From a virus (taxonomy: Duplodnaviria; Heunggongvirae; Uroviricota; Caudoviricetes), in the IMG/VR virus record IMGVR_UViG_3300048586_000134, positions 89,703-127,895 of that record: a stretch of DNA of 38,193 nucleotides, one strand, 5' to 3'. Both the position numbers and the translations under genes were made by a program. Below are positions 8,060-14,264 of the stretch, piece after piece. Position 1 is the stretch's first letter. Each line of letters begins with the position of its first letter. The notes beneath the pieces were generated by a model. It did not search any database, was not told the origin of the DNA, and saw only the letters and a list, made by a program, of their open reading frames with translations.

Positions 8060-8135
8060 GCCGCTATAGCAGAATTGGCATATGCTCAGGGTCTAGACCC
8101 CTGGAAACTTGGAGGTTCAAGTCCTCCTAGCGGCA
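8060..8135 (+). tRNA. tRNA-Leu(TAG), C33, short variable region
   Basis: CAGGG-TCTAGAC-CCCTG, TAG 8094-8096. Confidence 0.82.
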
Positions 8136-8266
8136 CTATCCCGAGTGGGTTTCTCGGGCTGTCAGCGGTTCATAACCGATCTGACGTAACTCGACTGCGT
8201 AGCGGGAGAGTTGGCGCACACAGCTAGCACATCGGTGATCCCATAATCGATGGGTGTGCGCGTTTT

Positions 8267-8345
8267 GCGATTGTGGTGGAACGGCAGACACGCAGCGTTG
8301 AGGACGCTGTTCTTCGGAGTAAGAGTTCGAATCTCTTCAATCGCA
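8267..8345 (+). tRNA. tRNA-Leu(GAG)
   Basis: GAG 8300-8302, small UUCG variable hairpin. Confidence 0.9.
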
Positions 8346-8406
8346 CAAGAGAGTGGGGTCCGTAGCCGTACGAGTCGGCTAACCACTTTAAAACAACGGG
8401 CACCAT

Positions 8407-8479
8407 CGGGAACTAGGGTAACGGTTAGCCTACTTCGTTTGGATCGAAGAGCGTCCGCGTTCGAATCGCGGGTTCCCGA
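8407..8479 (+). tRNA. tRNA-Pro(TGG)
   Basis: C1:G72, A73, TGG 8440-8442. Confidence 0.9.
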
Positions 8480-8482
8480 CTA

Positions 8483-8610
8483 TGATGAGCCGATTGTTTT
8501 CGGTTATCTATTGGAAGACGTGGACGCAGGTGCGATTCCTGCCCTCCCGACCATCGGGAGGTAGCTCAGTAGCAGAGCACGAAAAATTCCGAGGCGTTAC
8601 TTGCTCATCA
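8483..8610 (+). ncRNA. Y RNA-like #3 (YrlA-type, permuted tRNA-Pro-like module)
   Basis: TGATGAGC[C]GA/TTGCTCATCA; GGTTATC; T arm 8526-8542, closed acceptor CCTCCCG-ACCAT-CGGGAGG, D arm TAGCTCAGTAGCAGAGC. Confidence 0.9.
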
Positions 8611-8636
8611 GTTTTTCATTTGTGAGAGGAGGCACA

Positions 8637-8843
8637 ATGAAATACGAAGTTACTCAAGAATACAGCCGCAAGAAAGCAGAATTCAGTAATCTGGACGAAG
8701 CGCTCGTCAATGCGATTGTACGGGCTGCTCAATCCAAGTACGACTCGACGGAAATCAGTATTAACGGCGTGCACTTCATTTCGGTCTCACCTTCTGGTGC
8801 GCAGAAGTACGCAGGAGTTGACGACGACGAAGACGACTACTAA
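8637..8843 (+). CDS. Hypothetical protein
   Basis: GGAGG RBS, ATG 8637. Confidence 0.7.
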   Translation: MKYEVTQEYSRKKAEFSNLDEALVNAIVRAAQSKYDSTEISINGVHFISVSPSGAQKYAGVDDDEDDY

Positions 8844-9055
8844 TGTGGGTTACTGCTCAAATTGAGGACAAGCCAATCAGTCCAGCCGAGTTGGAGAGAG
8901 ACCGAAAGGCTCGTCTTGCTGCCGCGCTCGCGCATGCAGGCAAGGGAAAGAGTCTCTCGAATCGTCAACTCGATAAGATGGTTGACAGGCTTGAAGAGAT
9001 TGTGATACAATTGCGTCAGCAGGACGAATTGCAGCGATTGCAGGGGGTGACATGA
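8843..9055 (+). CDS. Hypothetical protein
   Basis: Translationally coupled 70-aa ORF. Confidence 0.7.
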   Translation: MWVTAQIEDKPISPAELERDRKARLAAALAHAGKGKSLSNRQLDKMVDRLEEIVIQLRQQDELQRLQGVT

Positions 9056-9339
9056 GGAGGAGCTATGTAGATATCGAATTCCTGCCTAACGCCCACAAGG
9101 GGAGATGGGATCGTCAGATATGTGGCAGACTGACGTTTGCGCATGTTCGTGACGAACTTGGAAATATTTCTCCGTGGCCTGTGACGCATGCTCGCGCCAA
9201 GGAGACCGTTCGCGTACTTGTGCATGCCTTTGACCGTGAAGAGCACGAGCAAGGTAAATGGTATGATACCTATCTTGTCTTGAAGCAGGAGTCGGAGAGC
9301 GTCTGGTACTTCGAAATCCTGCAACCGTGGCTAGACTAA
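9052..9339 (+). CDS. Hypothetical protein
   Basis: ATGA overlap, 95 aa. Confidence 0.65.
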   Translation: MRRSYVDIEFLPNAHKGRWDRQICGRLTFAHVRDELGNISPWPVTHARAKETVRVLVHAFDREEHEQGKWYDTYLVLKQESESVWYFEILQPWLD

Positions 9340-9350
9340 GGAGTTCAGAA

Positions 9351-9470
9351 ATGATAAGATGGTTTCGTGAGCTTAAGCCCGAGGACTCTCGTGCGTTGAT
9401 TGTTGCCTTGCTTGGTGTGAATCTCATCTTCACTACTATCATGATGGTCATGCACGCGATCTACATGTAA
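9351..9470 (+). CDS. Small membrane protein (39 aa)
   Basis: AAGGAG RBS, one hydrophobic helix. Confidence 0.55.
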   Translation: MIRWFRELKPEDSRALIVALLGVNLIFTTIMMVMHAIYM

Positions 9471-9474
9471 ATAT

Positions 9475-9514
9475 TCAGGAGTGTTTGTAACGGTAGCAAA
9501 GGTGACTTTGAATC
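9475..9514 (+). pseudogene. Orphan 5' half of tRNA-Gln(TTG)
   Basis: TCAGGAG, D arm and CTTTGAA loop, cut off after the anticodon by the HNH RBS. Confidence 0.8.
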
Positions 9515-9524
9515 AGGAGGAGAG

Positions 9525-9881
9525 ATGCCATACAAAGATAAAGAAAAGGCTCGTGAGTATCAACGTAACTACCATAAACAATGGTACGAAAAGAATCGTG
9601 AGCATCGCCGTGATCAGCTTCGAAATAGATTACAACGGCTGCGTGAGTTTATTCGAGAGCAAAAGAAGGGCAAATCGTGTATGCAGTGCGGTTTTAGTCA
9701 TGTAGCTGCTTTGGATTTTCATCATCGAGACGGCAGTGAGAAAGAAGCGAATATCTCAGAAATTGCTGTAGCGCGAGGATGGGGTGAAGAGCGGATTCTT
9801 GCAGAAATTGCTAAGTGTGATGTTCTGTGTGCGAACTGTCACAGAATTGTGCACTACAACGAGTATTCAGGAGTGGTCTAA
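9525..9881 (+). CDS. HNH endonuclease (family A)
   Basis: CMQC...LDFHHRD...KCDVLCANCHRIVH; stop lies in the tRNA-Gln D loop. Confidence 0.9.
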   Translation: MPYKDKEKAREYQRNYHKQWYEKNREHRRDQLRNRLQRLREFIREQKKGKSCMQCGFSHVAALDFHHRDGSEKEANISEIAVARGWGEERILAEIAKCDVLCANCHRIVHYNEYSGVV

Positions 9882-9938
9882 CGGTAGGACACGACGCTTT
9901 GAACGTCGCTGATCGGGGTTCGAATCCCTGCTCCTGAT
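9867..9938 (+). tRNA. tRNA-Gln(TTG)
   Basis: TCAGGAG/CTCCTGA, CGACG-CTTTGAA-CGTCG. Confidence 0.9.
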
Positions 9939-10041
9939 CTGGTCTGGATGCAACGACCAGACCGCATGGTGCGCATTTGCTCTCTAGGCAGGAGCAAATA
10001 CCTTTCGTTAGGGTCTTGTGTTGTGAAACACTGTGACCTGT

Positions 10042-10112
10042 TCCCCTTTCTTCTAATGGTAGGAAGACTGACTCTGACTCAGTAAATCGAGGTTCGAATC
10101 CTTGAGGGGGAG
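10042..10112 (+). tRNA. tRNA-Gln(CTG)
   Basis: CTG 10074-10076. Confidence 0.92.
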
Positions 10113-10114
10113 CT

Positions 10115-10248
10115 ATGTAAGCCGACTTGTGTGCGTTATCATCAAATTTTTGATTGTAGGTTCGAATCCTATCATCCTTCGGGATGTGGCCGAATGGCAA
10201 AGGCAGAAATTGGGGAAACCCATCTCGCACCTAACTTATTGCTTACAT
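10115..10248 (+). ncRNA. Y RNA-like #4 (YrlA-type)
   Basis: ATGTAAGC[C]GA/TTGCTTACAT; GTGCG/CGCAC; T arm GTAGG-TTCGAAT-CCTAT, CATCC-TTCG-GGATG, D arm GCC-GAATGGCAAA-GGC. Confidence 0.9.
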
Positions 10249-10251
10249 TAT

Positions 10252-10325
10252 TGGCGTATCGTCTAATGGTAAGACGAGGGACTGTTAATCCCTTTATCTA
10301 GGTTCGAATCCTAGTTCGCCAGCCA
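10252..10325 (+). tRNA. tRNA-Asn(GTT)
   Basis: GTT 10284-10286, encoded CCA. Confidence 0.92.
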
Positions 10326-10418
10326 CTTCGGGTTGTGGTTGCAAACCGAGAACGACCACCGTAGAGATTGCGGAATCATGGCTGTCAGCAAGCTCGTACC
10401 ACAAACCGAGGTGTTATT

Positions 10419-10505
10419 ATGCACAAGAACGTGTGGATTGCGCTCTACATTCTTTTGTTGGTCGCAATTGCCTGCTTTTCGTTTTACGCTGATGGGAGGT
10501 ACTAG
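10419..10505 (+). CDS. 28-aa membrane micropeptide
   Basis: GAGGTG RBS, MHKNVWIALYILLLVAIACF... Confidence 0.5.
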   Translation: MHKNVWIALYILLLVAIACFSFYADGRY

Positions 10506-10506
10506 C

Positions 10507-10674
10507 GTGCATACAATCGTGATCGAGTTCCGAAAGGAAGATGAATGTGTCTTTCTTGTAGCAAAGAGCGAAGATGGTGAAGTGCTCCTCGAAGACTGGA
10601 TTTGCGATGGTGACGATTGGTACTGGCACTTTCCTGATAAGTTACGAGAACTTTTGAATCTGGAGGAAGGGTAA
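10507..10674 (+). CDS. Hypothetical protein (55 aa)
   Basis: GGGAGG RBS, GTG start; stop inside the next tRNA-like element. Confidence 0.6.
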   Translation: MHTIVIEFRKEDECVFLVAKSEDGEVLLEDWICDGDDWYWHFPDKLRELLNLEEG

Positions 10675-10736
10675 GGGCTGGTTGCCCTCAGAATTCTTAT
10701 AAAGTTCTATCTCAGGTTCGATTCCTGATTCCTCTA
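10662..10736 (+). tRNA. Atypical tRNA-Ile(TAT)-like element
   Basis: GGAGGAA/TTCCTCT, AGAATT-CTTATAA-AGTTCT, TCAGG-TTCGATT-CCTGA; non-canonical D arm. Confidence 0.6.
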
Positions 10737-10787
10737 CTGACCGCTGGGTTGGAGTTTCCTCCTCCTTCCTCCGCTCAGCGGTCTCAC

Positions 10788-10862
10788 GGCCCTGTCGTAT
10801 ATTGGATATTATACGCGCCTGTCGAGCGCACGAAGAGGGTTCGATTCCCTTCAGGGTCGCCA
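10788..10862 (+). tRNA. tRNA-Asp(GTC)
   Basis: GTC 10821-10823, G73, encoded CCA. Confidence 0.92.
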
Positions 10863-10983
10863 TACAAGCCGTTTGATGTGGGTTACCAGCATTGAACTTT
10901 TAATTCAAAGAATGCGGGTATCCAATCCCGCCATGCGAAAGCATGTAGCTAAAAACCTTCCCATGTCGCTCTTTGCTTGTGTG
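10863..10983 (+). ncRNA. Y RNA-like #5 (Lys-UUU anticodon-like arm)
   Basis: TACAAGC[C]G/TTGCTTGTG; GATGTGGG/CCCATGTC; TTGAA-CTTTTAA-TTCAA, T-like and GAAA-capped hairpins; T-tract. Confidence 0.85.
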
Positions 10984-10992
10984 CTTTTTCAA

Positions 10993-11030
10993 TGTCGCCA
11001 AAAACGCTACTACCGCATATGATAGTGTGT
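10993..11030 (+). promoter_or_regulatory. Repeated sigma70-like promoter, copy 2
   Basis: TCGCCA 10995-11000, 17 nt, TATGAT 11018-11023. Confidence 0.8.
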
Positions 11031-11032
11031 GA

Positions 11033-11105
11033 GGGGGTGACTGGCATGCCGAGCACTACAGGATTGTGGTCCTCGGAAACGCGGGTTCGAATCCCGCCAC
11101 CTCCA
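11033..11105 (+). ncRNA. tmRNA-like tRNA-like domain without mRNA domain
   Basis: GGGGGTG/CACCTCC with G3-U70 and A73, stemless D loop, CCGAG/CTCGG helix closed by a short hairpin, ACGCGGGTTCGAATCCCGCC. Confidence 0.72.
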
Positions 11106-11143
11106 CTGAGCGCTTTGCTCGCGGGTCAAACGAAGGAGGCTGC

Positions 11144-11353
11144 ATGCGGAAAGCAGGAAAAGTTACGCTCGTTGCGTTGATGTCGTTGGTATCGATTGGT
11201 TTGACGAATGTTGTTGATGTGAGTGCACACAGTACTGAGTATCGGTGCTATAATGGGTACTACCAGAAACGAACGGCAACGACAGGAGTGGCGAACGGAG
11301 CAAATCACTGGCACGTATGGAGTCCGTGGTATAACATTTCATACGGTTGCTAG
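11144..11353 (+). CDS. Small secreted peptide A
   Basis: AAGGAGG RBS; signal peptide ending VSA-H; 41-aa mature part with 2 Cys. Confidence 0.75.
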   Translation: MRKAGKVTLVALMSLVSIGLTNVVDVSAHSTEYRCYNGYYQKRTATTGVANGANHWHVWSPWYNISYGC

Positions 11354-11374
11354 TCAGCCGAGAAGGGAGTGCGA

Positions 11375-11620
11375 ATGCGAAGAATTCGAAACTTCTTTGT
11401 GGCAATTGTCGCAGCGGTGATGCTGGTTATCGGAGGTTTGGCAGTTACGACTCCTGACTCCGCTTCAGCGCATACGTATGTAGCAGGAGTCAGTTGCGGA
11501 TCGAGCGTCAGTCCGTCGAGCGGACAGATCAAGATCGGCTATCACTATGGCAGTGAGCCGTGGCATCGCTTTTATTGGCGAACGATGACGGCTGGTGAAT
11601 ACTGGACATATTGTTGGTAA
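11375..11620 (+). CDS. Small secreted peptide B
   Basis: Signal peptide ending ASA-H; 49-aa mature part with 2 Cys. Confidence 0.78.
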   Translation: MRRIRNFFVAIVAAVMLVIGGLAVTTPDSASAHTYVAGVSCGSSVSPSSGQIKIGYHYGSEPWHRFYWRTMTAGEYWTYCW

Positions 11621-11688
11621 GGTAAGTGGTTCGGCTTTGTGCGTGAGGCAACATGTAAGTAAGGTAACACACTCCTGATCCGAACTAA

Positions 11689-11764
11689 CGCGGCGGGGCG
11701 GTACAGAATCGCGTCGGTCTCATAAGCCGATCAAAGTCGGGGCAGTTCCGACCGTACGCAACCA
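11689..11764 (+). tRNA. Atypical initiator-like tRNA-Met(CAT)
   Basis: C1:A72 mismatch, CAT 11721-11723, CCA; T loop GGCAGTT and a bulged acceptor base are atypical. Confidence 0.65.
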
Positions 11765-11943
11765 TTCTCGGGTAGCGCCTGAGACGTGAGCGCAAGGCAG
11801 CACGTAGAAAACCTGCCTATCTTTGATGGGGCGAGATTAATAAACCATCCGTGAGGGGCGGTAACACAGAACCTCGGGACTCTACGTAAACGAGTTAGCA
11901 GTCTAGGCTGCGGGGAAAGGAAGTCATGAGCCTTTCCCTTCAT

Positions 11944-12019
11944 GGGCGTAGTAGCTCAATGGGAGAGCACCTGTTTTGCACGCAGGGGGTTGAGGGTTCG
12001 AATCCCTTCTGGTCCACCA
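11944..12019 (+). tRNA. tRNA-Ala(TGC)
   Basis: G3-U70, TGC 11977-11979, CCA; one bulged nt in the acceptor. Confidence 0.87.
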
Positions 12020-12134
12020 AGTAAGCCGATTGGGTAAGCGTTATCTTATTACTTGAAACAATAAACGAGCAAGGTTCGAATCCTGCACTTGGGTTGGTAT
12101 CCCTAATTTCGCTTCCCGCCCTTTGCTTATCTTG
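12020..12134 (+). ncRNA. Y RNA-like #6
   Basis: TAAGC[C]GA/TTGCTTA; GGGtAAGCG/CGCTTCCC; TTATC; TTATT-aCTTGAAAc-AATAA and GGTTCGAATCC T arm. Confidence 0.85.
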
Positions 12135-12155
12135 ACTTTCTTGGAAGGAGGTTGT

Positions 12156-12359
12156 ATGATTGAGAACGACGACCAGCGAGCAATCACAGCGTATTGGGTT
12201 AAGCTGTTTCTAGATCGTGCAAGCACTGCTCAAGAACAGTACAAAGACGATCCAGCGTTTGCCAAAGAACTTATGAATTCGTACACTGGCATGGCGAACA
12301 CACTAGAGGAGGAAGTGATCGACTATGACGAACGAAAAACTCGTCAAATGGGGGATTAG
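12156..12359 (+). CDS. Hypothetical protein
   Basis: AAGGAGG RBS; stop at tRNA-Ala positions 8-10. Confidence 0.72.
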   Translation: MIENDDQRAITAYWVKLFLDRASTAQEQYKDDPAFAKELMNSYTGMANTLEEEVIDYDERKTRQMGD

Positions 12360-12420
12360 TGCTAAGGGGAACACATTGGTTTTGCAATCCAAAATTAAGG
12401 GTTCGAGTCCCTTATCCTCC
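12350..12420 (+). tRNA. tRNA-Ala(TGC), second copy
   Basis: G3-U70, TGC 12382-12384. Confidence 0.87.
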
Positions 12421-12435
12421 ACCGACAATTGAATA

Positions 12436-12507
12436 CGGTTCCGTAGTGTTAGCGGCAGCACATCTGTTTGAAGCACAGCCAGCTTCGGTTCGAATCCGAA
12501 CGGGACC
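12436..12507 (+). tRNA. tRNA-Phe(GAA)
   Basis: GAA 12469-12471. Confidence 0.9.
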
Positions 12508-12617
12508 ACAGTAGCCAAGCGCCTCTCCCGATCCTCACTGGTCGGTGAAGCAATTCGGGCTGGAAAGACGGATGCATACGGTGAGCCAGCAGTTCTGTTC
12601 GGACTCAATCGAACACA

Positions 12618-12689
12618 TGGGCGGTAGTGTAAAGTGCACGCCTCTCCTGAAAGCAGAGGAAGATGGAGGAGCAATACCTCTTCCGCCCA
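12618..12689 (+). tRNA. Atypical tRNA-Phe(GAA)-like element
   Basis: GGGCGG/CCGCCC, CCTCT/AGAGG around CTGAAAG; T loop AGCAATA is non-canonical. Confidence 0.55.
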
Positions 12690-12691
12690 CT

Positions 12692-12858
12692 AACGATAAG
12701 CCGCTTGGGTATGGGTTATCCGCATACATTTTGATGAGTGCTATCAAAAGCTCTCCGAGGAGTCGGAGGTAAAACAATACTACAAAGCCGCAGGAAGGGG
12801 CGCGATTCCTGAGTTCGGTGCACAGCGCAATCTCCCATCCCGCCTTTTGCTTATTGTT
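12692..12858 (+). ncRNA. Y RNA-like #7 (longest)
   Basis: AACGATAAGC[C]G/TTGCTTATTGTT; ATGGG/CCCAT; GGTTATC; internal TTTTGAT/ATCAAAA and CTCCG/CGGAG hairpins. Confidence 0.82.
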
Positions 12859-12884
12859 CCTTTTCTAATTAAAGGGGTCACGAC

Positions 12885-12971
12885 ATGGACGACAATGTGA
12901 TTATTCTTGGTTTCGTTATCTCGGTGTTCGTATTTGTCATCCTAAGACCAAGCAAGAAGGAGGAAGAATAG
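12885..12971 (+). CDS. 28-aa membrane micropeptide
   Basis: MDDNVIILGFVISVFVFVILRP... Confidence 0.5.
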   Translation: MDDNVIILGFVISVFVFVILRPSKKEEE

Positions 12972-13183
12972 TGTATTCTGTTCTGGTCGTGATCGAAAAT
13001 GACGCAGGCGAGCAAGTCCGACAGTACACCCTTGGTGTCTATCAGGAAGAGGCTCGCGATTTTCTTTGTCGGGTAGGAGAAGACTTTGACGCTGGTCGTC
13101 TTCGTTTTGGAAGCGATCAGGAGATTCTTGACTTGTACGAGGGGATCGATTATACTGTACGGGGAATTAGCGCAGATGGTTAG
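12971..13183 (+). CDS. Hypothetical protein
   Basis: GGAGG RBS, GTG start; stop in the tRNA-Val D loop. Confidence 0.7.
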   Translation: MYSVLVVIENDAGEQVRQYTLGVYQEEARDFLCRVGEDFDAGRLRFGSDQEILDLYEGIDYTVRGISADG

Positions 13184-13234
13184 CGCGTCACGTTGACATC
13201 GTGAAGGTCACTGGTTCGAGTCCAGTATTTCCCA
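13161..13234 (+). tRNA. tRNA-Val(GAC)
   Basis: GAC 13195-13197. Confidence 0.93.
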
Positions 13235-13236
13235 CT

Positions 13237-13346
13237 AAGGGCCGAGAGTAATCCGTTATCAGTTACCAGGGCACAGCCCATTCAATGCGGACCAGACGAA
13301 CCGCAACCCTTTCGCGAGGGATTAACGGATACTGCCCCTTGCCCTT
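13237..13346 (+). ncRNA. Y RNA-like #8
   Basis: AAGGGC[C]GA/TTGCCCTT; AGTaATCCGTT/AACGGATACT; three internal hairpins. Confidence 0.85.
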
Positions 13347-13350
13347 TCAT

Positions 13351-13427
13351 GCACGATAAGTCAACTGGTTGTGGACGCCATGCTGATAACGTGGTTTAGA
13401 GTGGTTCGACTCCACTATCGTGTACCA
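13351..13427 (+). tRNA. tRNA-Ile(GAT)
   Basis: GAT 13385-13387, encoded CCA. Confidence 0.92.
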
Positions 13428-13494
13428 TGAGGCCGAAGTTAATGGGTTATCTTCTGCAACCTTGGAATAAATGCCCATAACGTGTCTTGCCTCA
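13428..13494 (+). ncRNA. Y RNA-like #9 (minimal, 67 nt)
   Basis: TGAGGC[C]GA/TTGCCTCA; GTTaATGGG/CCCATAAC; GGTTATC; T-tract. Confidence 0.85.
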
Positions 13495-13519
13495 GTTTTC
13501 TTTCACGAAAGGGGCGGTG

Positions 13520-13723
13520 ATGAAGATTCGTAAGGATCGCTATGAACATCGTGAAGTTTTGAAAGAAGACGCCAATCGACATAATAATAGAATGGCGCAA
13601 CATCCACAAGTCGGTCGTCAGATTGACGAAGAAGCGTTTCAGCGAGAGGAATTACAGGATGAAGACCATGATTATGAAATTTGGCTCAGTGGCGGCAGCG
13701 TTCGCGTTTGCTATTATCAATAA
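13520..13723 (+). CDS. Hypothetical protein
   Basis: AAGGGG RBS, ATG 13520. Confidence 0.6.
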   Translation: MKIRKDRYEHREVLKEDANRHNNRMAQHPQVGRQIDEEAFQREELQDEDHDYEIWLSGGSVRVCYYQ

Positions 13724-13742
13724 CATCCGCTAAGGCGGAAAT

Positions 13743-13819
13743 GCCTGAGTAGCTCAGTTGGTCAGAGCGATGCACTCGTAACGCATAGGTCGCGGGTTCG
13801 AATCCCGCCTTTGGCTCCA
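13743..13819 (+). tRNA. tRNA-Thr(CGT)
   Basis: CGT 13777-13779, encoded CCA. Confidence 0.93.
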
Positions 13820-13820
13820 T

Positions 13821-13892
13821 GCTCCCTTCGCCAAGCGGAAAGGCATCGGGTTTACATTCCGACATGCGGCGGTTCGATTCCGTCAGGGAGCA
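13821..13892 (+). tRNA. tRNA-Val(TAC)
   Basis: TAC 13853-13855. Confidence 0.9.
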
Positions 13893-13904
13893 CTGAGGAG
13901 GATT

Positions 13905-14141
13905 GTGATGAAGGCGCATAAAGTTGATGAATTCACAATTCTCGGTCGTAACTTTTACGGTAGACGCTTACGTTGTCCAAAATGCGGACATTGGGACGTA
14001 CATTTCCATCCCAATAACGATTATTTCTTCGTCTGTAAGAAGAGGAAGAAATACAAGTACTACAATGGGTGTGGTTATCTAGGTCCGATCCATGAGTTTC
14101 GGGGTGAAGTCAAGCGAAACGGAAAATGGTTCAAATTGTAG
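13905..14141 (+). CDS. Small Cys-containing hypothetical protein
   Basis: CPKC...C...C, GAGGAGG RBS. Confidence 0.7.
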   Translation: MMKAHKVDEFTILGRNFYGRRLRCPKCGHWDVHFHPNNDYFFVCKKRKKYKYYNGCGYLGPIHEFRGEVKRNGKWFKL

Positions 14142-14168
14142 CGAGAGGAGTACGCAGGATGGTGAGTT

Positions 14169-14264
14169 ATGAACACAAACCCAAACGGCGTACGGATCAT
14201 TCGTCGCCCGAACGGTCAAATTATCATTGTTCGTGCCGATGACAAAAAGGAGAAACCAAAATGA
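14169..14264 (+). CDS. 31-aa hypothetical protein
   Basis: ATG 14169, ATGA overlap with next ORF. Confidence 0.45.
   Translation: MNTNPNGVRIIRRPNGQIIIVRADDKKEKPK

Noticed and set aside
8087-8103. Possible amber suppressor (CUA) reading of the tRNA at 8060
   Set aside because: The CUA register breaks three anticodon-stem pairs. CAGGG/CCCTG centres TAG, and the D loop is Leu-type.
11033-11640. Full-length or permuted tmRNA spanning the secreted-peptide genes
   Set aside because: The tRNA-like domain closes on itself within 73 nt, and no tag ORF or second piece was seen in the window.
11724-11740. Extra AAGCCG or CAGCCG strings (11724, 12785, 24919) as more Y RNAs
   Set aside because: They lie within a tRNA anticodon stem, inside Y RNA #7 or at a tRNA end, and lack the GUUAYC spacing and UUGC partner.
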